A DNA stretch of 32,000 nucleotides from Candidatus Pelagibacter ubique HTCC1062 (GTDB lineage: Bacteria > Pseudomonadota > Alphaproteobacteria > Pelagibacterales > Pelagibacteraceae), in contig NC_007205.1 of assembly GCF_000012345.1 (NCBI RefSeq), positions 60,001 through 92,000 of the forward strand, read 5' to 3'. The notes under the pieces are model-generated. The model was not told the origin of the DNA. It did not search any database and saw only the letters and a program-made list of their open reading frames with translations. This document shows positions 25,064 to 32,000 of this stretch, piece after piece; positions within the stretch are counted from its first letter, which is position 1, and each line of letters opens with the position of its first letter. A program made the position numbers and the translations under genes.

Positions 25064-25588
25064 TTAAAAAAACTTTATGACATTAGGTCCGAACAAAAAT
25101 GAATCAAACTCTGGCTTTGTAATAATTAACATTTCATAAATTCCACTTGAATCACTAACTCTACCATAAATGACGTCATCACCAAAAGATGACAAAGATA
25201 TAGCCCCTGTCCACTCTTCATCAAAATCTACTTCACTTTTGTACCCTAAATGTGTTTTTGCAAAGTCTATAATTTTGTTATTTTTTGCTTCACCCAAAGC
25301 ACCTTCAATTTCAGTTCCAATGAGTTTTCCTTCTTTAATAAATACTTTTAAAACACTATTTTCTAATTGAGAATTTTCACATAAATTTAAACTGTCATAT
25401 TCTTTAACGTAGGTAGCAGTTGGATCACCACCACCCGGAGGCTCGTCTAAATTATCATATTTTTCAATGATGCTTGAAACTGGGGTACCAATTTGTTCTT
25501 TTAAAAATTCACACGCCCCGCTCATGCTTAATGAACTGAAATATAAAAAAAGTGATAAAAATCCAATAAAGATATTTTTCATTATCAT
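25064..25588 (-). CDS. Hypothetical secreted protein between the pilX-like gene and pilY1
   Basis: Signal peptide (MIMKNIFIGFLSLFLYFSSLSMSGA). No pilin motif and no recognisable domain. A 3-nt gap to the pilY1 start suggests co-transcription. Confidence 0.45.
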   Translation of the reverse strand: MIMKNIFIGFLSLFLYFSSLSMSGACEFLKEQIGTPVSSIIEKYDNLDEPPGGGDPTATYVKEYDSLNLCENSQLENSVLKVFIKEGKLIGTEIEGALGEAKNNKIIDFAKTHLGYKSEVDFDEEWTGAISLSSFGDDVIYGRVSDSSGIYEMLIITKPEFDSFLFGPNVIKFF

Positions 25589-25663
25589 TAATAATAGCCC
25601 GTATTTTAAAAGATTGTAATTAAGATTGTAATTAAAGTAATGATTATGGTGTTCATTTTGTGT

Positions 25664-26437
25664 TTAACTAGATAAAATAATTAAAGTTTCTAAAGGAATT
25701 AAAATTTCAGGATCCTCAAATTCGCCTAATTCTGCGCCCTTAGGCATTAAATATCCACAACCATATATTCTATAAGCTGTTCCTTGTCTTTGAGCGTTAG
25801 TAGAGGTTTTTTTAAGACTAGCCCCCGCTCCTTTAAAGGTAGAGGAACCAACATTAATTGAAAAAAACTCATATCTATACCTTTTTAAATATTCTTTTTC
25901 TTTTTCTGCATCATCTGCCTCTAATCCTACATCACTTGGGGTATTTAAAATTGGCTCAATTAAACTTCCAAAATTTTGATTAGTAAAATGATCTGTAACT
26001 AAAGATAAATTTCCCCCACTATCATTTCTGATTAAATTTCTAAAACTTTTAAAACAAGGAGTTTCTACAGGAGTAAGAGTATTTCTAGGAGTATCTCTTC
26101 CATCTGTGTTTCTTGCAAAGCCATCAATTGCTGTGGCTGTAAGTTGCTCAATATAATTATTGTGAGCAGTGATCTCTGTAGGTGTAGATCCAACTGGTGG
26201 TGTGGTAATCGTACTCACTTCTGTCCAAGGTCCAATCATTCTATTAATTATTCTTTTCTCTGCTTCAATTAAGGCATGTTCAGCAACATAAAAAGTTTGT
26301 TGATATTGATCACTAGTATTATTGCTTTGATGATCCCCTGAAGAAATTACAATTAAAGCTCCACCCATCAACGACATTACTAATAACATCACAAGTGATA
26401 AAATTAGTGTAAATCCATTTTGATTATTTATTTTCAT
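25664..26437 (-). CDS. pilX: PilX-like minor pilin
   Basis: PilX_N-type N-terminus NG|FTLILSLVMLLVMSLMGGALIV, with no Glu at +5. Its position after the pilW-like gene fits, and its start shares nucleotide 26437 with the pilW-like stop. Confidence 0.6.
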   Translation of the reverse strand: MKINNQNGFTLILSLVMLLVMSLMGGALIVISSGDHQSNNTSDQYQQTFYVAEHALIEAEKRIINRMIGPWTEVSTITTPPVGSTPTEITAHNNYIEQLTATAIDGFARNTDGRDTPRNTLTPVETPCFKSFRNLIRNDSGGNLSLVTDHFTNQNFGSLIEPILNTPSDVGLEADDAEKEKEYLKRYRYEFFSINVGSSTFKGAGASLKKTSTNAQRQGTAYRIYGCGYLMPKGAELGEFEDPEILIPLETLIILSS

Positions 26438-27369
26438 TAAAATATATCCTGTCCAACAATATTTCTTGTGTATACGGTCACCACTACATTATCTCTTAAG
26501 TTTCTATCTGAAAAAGATCTTATCGCTCTAGAAAATCCACTTAATTGTCTTTCATTTCCTGTCCTACTTTCAAATCTAAAGAAAGGCTTTTCAGAAATAA
26601 ATGCGATCCTAATATCTACTGCTCTAATTTTATATAAATTTCCCCTCGAAGCTTCAGAATTTGTACTTGGGTAAGGACTTAAAACTTTTCCATTTTGATC
26701 TAATGCAATAAATTCCATATCTTCAACATAATCTCTTACTAATTCATTGTGATAACACTCGGAACAATCTGATACCCAACTTCCAGTTTCTTGACCAATA
26801 TTTTGTTGCCAACTAATTTTGGATTTGTATATGCCGTATCTTGGATTTATAGGGCCATCAGCATTAGAACCATCTGATAATGGATTTGCAAAATAAGTTA
26901 GCTTATATCTTTTGTAAGGTTGAGTAGCATCATTTTGATTAAAATCATCATAAACAATATGAATTTTATCACAGCAAGTATCATCTAAGTTATGTTTTGG
27001 AGTTGGAGTAGCAATAGCATCACTTAGTGAATGTCCAAGTTCATTTGGAATTATCACAATTGGATCATGGCTATCTTTTACCGTAGTAGCACCACCAACA
27101 AATTCTAAATAACTTTCTACTGGAAAACCCAAATCATTATCACCTAAATAATATTTAAATCCTGCCATTCGTGTATCACGAATTAATAACTCGATTAAAT
27201 CTCTAGAAGATCTGCTTACTTTAGCTTTTTCTAACACTTGAGTATAAGTTGAATTTACAATTGAATAAGTTGTATAAATTGCAGCCATCATTATCGATGA
27301 CACCACCACACTAATTAAAATCTCAATTAATGTAAGACCAGCAATAGATTTTAAATTTTTTTTATTCAT
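26437..27369 (-). CDS. pilW: PilW-like minor pilin
   Basis: Prepilin motif SIAG|LTLIEILISVVVSSIMMAAIYTTY (Glu+5). The ~300-aa size and synteny fit PilW. Confidence 0.65.
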   Translation of the reverse strand: MNKKNLKSIAGLTLIEILISVVVSSIMMAAIYTTYSIVNSTYTQVLEKAKVSRSSRDLIELLIRDTRMAGFKYYLGDNDLGFPVESYLEFVGGATTVKDSHDPIVIIPNELGHSLSDAIATPTPKHNLDDTCCDKIHIVYDDFNQNDATQPYKRYKLTYFANPLSDGSNADGPINPRYGIYKSKISWQQNIGQETGSWVSDCSECYHNELVRDYVEDMEFIALDQNGKVLSPYPSTNSEASRGNLYKIRAVDIRIAFISEKPFFRFESRTGNERQLSGFSRAIRSFSDRNLRDNVVVTVYTRNIVGQDIF

Positions 27370-28016
27370 TGTTTAAGTTTATAGTCTGACTGAAAATATA
27401 TAAATTTTCTTTTTTTACCTTCATTTAATTTCATCTCCACTCTACCAATGTACAAAGGCTCATCTGTTATAGAATCTAATTTATAATCACAAGCATCCCA
27501 CTTACATATTTCAAATACTTGCAATTTTTTTTCTTCAGTTGTGCTTTTACATTTTAAAAATCTATTTTCTTCAAATATAGTATTCCACTTAGCTTGTTTA
27601 TTTCGAGGAGCATCCACTTGTTGAGTTTCATAGATGTTTTGTTTATTCTCAACTGGTGTAGTGGTATTAGAACTGCTTCCACCACAGCTCAGATCTGCAC
27701 TCCAACTATTGTCACTTAGATGCTTTGAAAATGTATTTAATGTGTCTCCATCTAGTGATGCGGTCCCATCAGTACTATAGATTATATTTTCATTATCAGA
27801 ATTTACTCCATAGAAAGAATTTTTACTTCCAATGACGTCTTCTACTATCATCTCAGTTAAAAAATTTGCCTTAGTTCTATCTCCTGAATTATCTATTGAT
27901 TGAACGGAAAAATTTGTCATTTGTAAAATTGAAACAAATCCAATTCCAATAATCACAACTGAGACAAGTGCTTCTATTAAAGAAAGTCCAGAAATATTAT
28001 GTTTTTGTTTTTTCAT
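27366..28016 (-). CDS. pilV: PilV-like minor pilin (start re-assigned)
   Basis: Prepilin motif NISG|LSLIEALVSVVIIGIGFVSILQ. I chose the ATG at 28016 (leader MKKQKHNISG) rather than 28064. It gives a typical short basic leader and removes a 44-nt overlap with the upstream gene. Confidence 0.65.
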   Translation of the reverse strand: MKKQKHNISGLSLIEALVSVVIIGIGFVSILQMTNFSVQSIDNSGDRTKANFLTEMIVEDVIGSKNSFYGVNSDNENIIYSTDGTASLDGDTLNTFSKHLSDNSWSADLSCGGSSSNTTTPVENKQNIYETQQVDAPRNKQAKWNTIFEENRFLKCKSTTEEKKLQVFEICKWDACDYKLDSITDEPLYIGRVEMKLNEGKKRKFIYFQSDYKLKQ

Positions 28017-28020
28017 CTTG

Positions 28021-28746
28021 TTATTGTTTAACCCAATCAGAATTTCTTGTATCCCATTTTTCAAGTATCACATTGCCAAATCTTGACCATTCAATAACAT
28101 ATAAATGATCATGCTCTGAAGCAGGTGTTCCATCGCTATCAACATCGCAACTTGATCGATCATTTGTTCTTCTGCAAATAAATAAAGTATTATCTATAGA
28201 TCTTGCTACATCCCCCTCTTCAGGCAAGGATGATTGTAATTTACCTGCGCCACTGTACCATTTCTCATTTTTACTAAAACAAATAGCTCCGTCATCCCCT
28301 TCCCAAGAAGTTGCCATATTATCATAAGTAATTTGTCTTACTTCAACATTATCAGCACCTTGATCTGGATCATCATCCCAATATGCATCGTCTGTTATAT
28401 TACATCGATCACCAATTTTTGCCCACCAGTCACTAGTTCCATCATTTAACAAACTTGCTAGTTTTTCTGGTTTCATTCCTTTTGATGTAACAATTAAATT
28501 TCTTTCTGCGCCATTCACTTCTTCTAATATATGTACTTGAACAAATGCATATTGACCTCTTTGAACTTGTGAATTTATTCCTTCGATTAAAGATTTTATG
28601 CTAAGTACTGCGCTTCTAGTCTCTCTATCTTTTCGCCATTCAGAAAAATTGGGATAACCTATGGCTGAGATGACGCCAATAAGTACAACGACAACAATTA
28701 ATTCAAGGACGTTAAATCCTTTAATCTTCTCGTCCTGCACTCGCAT
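28021..28746 (-). CDS. fimU: FimU/GspH-like minor pilin
   Basis: Prepilin motif KIKG|FNVLELIVVVVLIGVISAIGYPNF (Glu+5). It is the first of the minor-pilin series, and its start overlaps the pilT 3' end by 26 nt. Confidence 0.65.
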   Translation of the reverse strand: MRVQDEKIKGFNVLELIVVVVLIGVISAIGYPNFSEWRKDRETRSAVLSIKSLIEGINSQVQRGQYAFVQVHILEEVNGAERNLIVTSKGMKPEKLASLLNDGTSDWWAKIGDRCNITDDAYWDDDPDQGADNVEVRQITYDNMATSWEGDDGAICFSKNEKWYSGAGKLQSSLPEEGDVARSIDNTLFICRRTNDRSSCDVDSDGTPASEHDHLYVIEWSRFGNVILEKWDTRNSDWVKQ

Positions 28747-29734
28747 CTATCTTACCTGCCTTAACTAATTCTTCTAATGATTTAGTCATAGTAATCATAC
28801 CATCTCTCACAGAAGTTTGCATGATGCTAGGTATTTGATGAATTTTAGCCTCTCTAATTAAGTTTTGAATTGGAGGCGTACACTTCATCACTTCAAACGC
28901 TGCACAACGGCCTTGACCATCTTTTGTTTTAAGAAGTCTTTGAGTAACCACCATCTTTAAAGAAGAAGATATCTGTGCTCTTATTTGAGCTTGTTGCTCA
29001 GGTGGAAAAACGTCAATAATTCTATTGATGGTATTAGGAGCACCACTAGTGTGAAGTGTTCCAAAAACTAGGTGTCCTGTTTCAGCAGCAGTTAATGCAA
29101 GTGAAACTGTTTCTAAATCTCTCATCTCCCCAACTAGAATTACATCTGGGTCTTCTCTGAGTGCAGCTTTTAATGCACTAGAAAATGTTTTGGTTTGCTT
29201 TCCTACTTCTCGATGAGACACAATACTTTTTAAATCTTTATGAATAAATTCAACTGGATCTTCAACTGTAATAATATTTGAAGTTCTAGTTTTATTAATC
29301 TCATTTACAATTGCCGCAAGTGTTGTAGACTTACCAGACCCTGTTGGTCCAGTTACTAAAACTAATCCTTTATGCATATCGACAATATCATAAAGAACTT
29401 GGGGTAAATCAAATTGATCCATTTCAGGAATAACGCTCTCTACTCTTCTTAATACAGCAGCTGGTCCTTGAATAGTTTTATAAAAATTAGCTCTAAATCT
29501 TAATCCACTTAATGTAACTGATGAATCTAACTCATGAGTTTCACTAAACTTTTTCATTTCAGTTTCGTTACAATTAGTAGATATTAGATCTTGAAGATCT
29601 TGTTCTTTAACAACAATTTCTTGAATTTTGTGTATTTCTCCAGTTTGCCTAAACGCTAATGGCCAACCAGTTCTAATATGAAAATCTGAAATTTTTTTAT
29701 TATTTTTTGCTAATTCTTCTAATTTTTCAAACAT
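28721..29734 (-). CDS. pilT: Type IV pilus retraction ATPase
   Basis: 337 aa, the PilT size class lacking the PilB N-terminal domains. Walker A GPTGSGKSTT, ILVGEMRD and GHLVFGTLHTSGA are present. Confidence 0.9.
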   Translation of the reverse strand: MFEKLEELAKNNKKISDFHIRTGWPLAFRQTGEIHKIQEIVVKEQDLQDLISTNCNETEMKKFSETHELDSSVTLSGLRFRANFYKTIQGPAAVLRRVESVIPEMDQFDLPQVLYDIVDMHKGLVLVTGPTGSGKSTTLAAIVNEINKTRTSNIITVEDPVEFIHKDLKSIVSHREVGKQTKTFSSALKAALREDPDVILVGEMRDLETVSLALTAAETGHLVFGTLHTSGAPNTINRIIDVFPPEQQAQIRAQISSSLKMVVTQRLLKTKDGQGRCAAFEVMKCTPPIQNLIREAKIHQIPSIMQTSVRDGMITMTKSLEELVKAGKIDASAGRED

Positions 29735-29885
29735 GATGAATTTTTACATACAAATATTAACAAAAACAATGTTTACTTAGTCATCTGTGTTCAAAATAAG
29801 TTTTTTCTTTTATTTGGAGGTAATGAAGCAATCAGAATGGGGACTAATAGATGTTATTGTTAATAATGAAAGAGTTTTAATTTAA

Positions 29886-30548
29886 TTACAGAACTTTCCA
29901 ATCTGTTTCAAAAGTAACATAGTTAACCTGAATGCATCGTCTTTCCTTAACTATTTTTTTCTTTTCCATACCATGCCAAGTGTTGGGCCCACTAGTAAAC
30001 ATGTAGCCATAGTTATTTTTGTAAGGAACTGTTTTAACTTTTTCTAATTTTTCATTATAAAAATCTGTTCCAAGATCTTCAGACTCGTTAGCATTATTTA
30101 TAAAAATTAATCCAGACATCAGTTTTTCTTTGATATCGCAGTGGGGCTTTAACCAAAAACCCTCCCTATCACAAATAACTTCAACTCTAACATATGAGTT
30201 CGATAAATCTCTATCGATCATTTTTGAAATAGTTCCATGAACTTCCTTGGATTGAAGTTCTTTAATAAATTTTACTAAGTTTGGAAATTTTTTTTCATTT
30301 TCTTTTGTTACAAAACATCTAAATTTAATTGCCTCACCGCCCGAAGCTATTCCCTCTCTAAACTCTGCAGCACCACCATCAATTGCTCTGGTGCCATCAT
30401 AATTAAGATTGTGCTTACTGACATCTGGAATATCAGCTTTAATAATTTCCTCAATGGCCCCGTCAGATAGTGCATTATTATATTCCCAGTGATCAAAAGG
30501 AAATTCATGTTTTTTTGCCTGATTTTGAATTGAATTTAAGAATGACAT
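29886..30548 (-). CDS. Hypothetical protein, possibly 2OG-Fe(II) oxygenase-like
   Basis: The only hint is a possible HxD...H triad (KPHCD ... NTWHGM). No other recognisable signature. Its start abuts the upstream gene stop. Confidence 0.3.
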   Translation of the reverse strand: MSFLNSIQNQAKKHEFPFDHWEYNNALSDGAIEEIIKADIPDVSKHNLNYDGTRAIDGGAAEFREGIASGGEAIKFRCFVTKENEKKFPNLVKFIKELQSKEVHGTISKMIDRDLSNSYVRVEVICDREGFWLKPHCDIKEKLMSGLIFINNANESEDLGTDFYNEKLEKVKTVPYKNNYGYMFTSGPNTWHGMEKKKIVKERRCIQVNYVTFETDWKVL

Positions 30549-31492
30549 TAAGAATTAATTTTTTGTTTAATAATATTTGCTACTCTATTCGTTTCATCCA
30601 ATTTTTGATAGTTCCAATTCTCTACTTCTTCACCTAAATTTCTAGTAATATTTAATTCTTTAAATAAATTTCTAAATCTTTGAAATCTTTTGTCATTTTT
30701 TTTAGGTGAAATATTAGCTACGTAGATTGGTTTTCCAGTTAAAGCAGCTTCTGATATCATGGAGCTAGAGTCACATGTTACTACAATTTTTTCTGAAATT
30801 GCTAAAGCTGATAGATAAGCTTTCTTATCAATAGTTTCAATAACTGTATGATTTTCACCAAAATAATCTTTTACATATTGAATTATATTTTTTGGTGTTC
30901 TCATTGAAGGGATCACAACTAGTTGAAAGTTGTTCTGTTTATTTAAGTTGTTTAAATTTTCAAAAATAGCTTTAATATTTTCTCTTGAATATTCATAATA
31001 CTTTGTAGGACCACCCATTATTAAAGCCCAAATTTTTCTTTCATCTTTTTTTATAAATGAATTTAAATAATCTTTATTTTCATTTATTTCACTTTCAGTA
31101 AGGTAATGAATTGCACCTTTTGTACTGATAACATTTTGGCCTTCAATTCCATCATGTTCTGGTGCCACAATGAAATCAAAATTTTTAAAATTAACTTTTG
31201 GATTTTGAATATGAATATTAATAACTCTTTTATTAGAATTCTTTTTTAAATGAATAGATGGAATTACACTTTTTCTTCCACATGAAATGATTACATCAAA
31301 ATCAGAAGATTCTACTTTTTTATAAACATTACTTGAAACTGGTGTTAGCTTTGGGGGAAATAATTTCCAAAAATTATTAAGTTCAATCTTCTCGTGTATA
31401 AAATCTAAATCTAGGGCCTTTGCTAAACCTTCTACTTGGCTGATCATGCCGTGCATACCCTCAGTCAATAATATCCCTTTTAATTTTGTCAT
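30548..31492 (-). CDS. ELM1/DUF1022-family protein (glycosyltransferase-like fold)
   Basis: The N-terminus [21 protein letters not shown] resembles the conserved DGKxGhxnQxxGLAeAL opening of the ELM1 family. The ~310-aa length fits. By-eye assignment. Confidence 0.5.
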   Translation of the reverse strand: MTKLKGILLTEGMHGMISQVEGLAKALDLDFIHEKIELNNFWKLFPPKLTPVSSNVYKKVESSDFDVIISCGRKSVIPSIHLKKNSNKRVINIHIQNPKVNFKNFDFIVAPEHDGIEGQNVISTKGAIHYLTESEINENKDYLNSFIKKDERKIWALIMGGPTKYYEYSRENIKAIFENLNNLNKQNNFQLVVIPSMRTPKNIIQYVKDYFGENHTVIETIDKKAYLSALAISEKIVVTCDSSSMISEAALTGKPIYVANISPKKNDKRFQRFRNLFKELNITRNLGEEVENWNYQKLDETNRVANIIKQKINS

Positions 31493-31513
31493 TTATCCTT
31501 ATATAACTTCTGC

Positions 31514-32000
31514 ATGAGTGAAAATCCAATTAAACACACAAAAGTGTTAATAATAGGGTCAGGTCCAGCTGGCTATACAGCCGCTGTATATGCTGCCCGA
31601 GCAATGCTAAATCCTATTCTAGTTTATGGAGTTCAGCCTGGTGGGCAATTAACGACAACAACCGATGTAGAAAATTATCCTGGGTTTTCAGATGTAATTC
31701 AGGGTCCATGGTTAATGGATCAAATGAGAGATCAAGCAAAAGCAGTTGGAACAGATCTAATTGAAGATCATATTTCTTCAGTTAATTTAAAATCTACACC
31801 CTTTGAAGCTATTGGAGATAGTGGACAAAAATATACAGCTGACAGCATAATTATTTCAACTGGTGCTCAAGCAAGATGGTTAAACTTAGAATCAGAACAA
31901 GCTTATAGAGGCTTTGGAGTTTCAGCATGCGCAACATGTGATGGTTTTTTCTTTAAAGAAAAAGTTGTAGCAGTTGTTGGTGGTGGAAACGCTGCAGTTG
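31514..32000 (+). CDS. trxB: Thioredoxin-disulfide reductase, 5' partial (continues beyond the window)
   Basis: It is not in the ORF track because no stop is reached. The ATG at 31514 gives [29 protein letters not shown] (FAD GxGxxG), [16 protein letters not shown] and the redox-active CATCDG, then VVGGGNAA at the window edge. Confidence 0.9.
   Translation, partial: MSENPIKHTKVLIIGSGPAGYTAAVYAARAMLNPILVYGVQPGGQLTTTTDVENYPGFSDVIQGPWLMDQMRDQAKAVGTDLIEDHISSVNLKSTPFEAIGDSGQKYTADSIIISTGAQARWLNLESEQAYRGFGVSACATCDGFFFKEKVVAVVGGGNAAV

Noticed and set aside
747-26674. About 20 plus-strand ORFs of 60-118 aa in the ORF track nested antisense inside large minus-strand genes (e.g. 747-935, 3650-3859, 4205-4507, 8089-8337, 12136-12489, 15356-15547, 22134-22490, 24765-24998, 26468-26674)
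   Set aside because: Each lies wholly inside a gene with strong family signatures on the opposite strand. Their translations are low-complexity or hydrophobic nonsense typical of antisense frames in AT-rich DNA.
27366-28064. The longer ORF-track start (28064) for the pilV-like gene
   Set aside because: It would add 16 non-leader-like residues and a 44-nt overlap with the upstream gene. The ATG at 28016 gives a typical prepilin leader (MKKQKHNISG|L).
29823-29885. A 20-aa plus-strand micro-ORF (MKQSEWGLIDVIVNNERVLI) preceded by a rare GGAGG (29816-29820)
   Set aside because: The GGAGG-to-ATG spacing is only 2 nt, too short for a functional Shine-Dalgarno. There is no supporting signature. It sits in the pilT promoter region and is more likely non-coding.

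Overview
This is an AT-rich, tightly packed bacterial chromosome segment. Hand-counted coding lines are about 38-40% GC and one intergenic line is about 12%. It looks like a streamlined marine alphaproteobacterium of SAR11 type, but that assignment is inference only. The window is essentially a type IVa pilus (T4aP) super-locus. It holds two tandem pilins (5399-6331, -), a pilMN(fused)-pilO-pilP-pilQ-pilB-pilC operon (15770 down to 7509, -), prepilin peptidase pilD (18561-19325, +), and a pilT-fimU/pilV/pilW/pilX-like-orf174-pilY1 operon (29734 down to 20345, -). Interleaved with the pilus genes is a partner-switching signalling set with no sigma factor or DNA-binding regulator in the window. 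It comprises two tandem ammonium-transporter::PP2C phosphatase fusions (69-4560), two STAS antagonists plus one RsbW-like kinase (6490-7512), and a GAF::PP2C phosphatase (17115-18461). The most anomalous element is a 1.34 kb ORF-free, extremely AT-rich region upstream of pilMN (15771-17114). It is built almost entirely from nested repeats sharing a TTAGA core: an 11-mer TGTGTTAGAGA family, a 5-unit ~32-bp palindrome array, three ~60-nt modules and a 59-bp direct repeat. Other oddities are a perfect 181-nt in-frame tandem duplication in an acidic N-terminal extension of the PilM-PilN fusion, and a 1571-aa PilY1-like protein whose vWA domain appears split by a ~370-aa insertion. The right edge carries housekeeping genes: a putative 2OG-oxygenase-like ORF, an ELM1/DUF1022-like ORF and partial trxB. 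I saw no rRNA, tRNA, CRISPR array, transposase or integrase gene.
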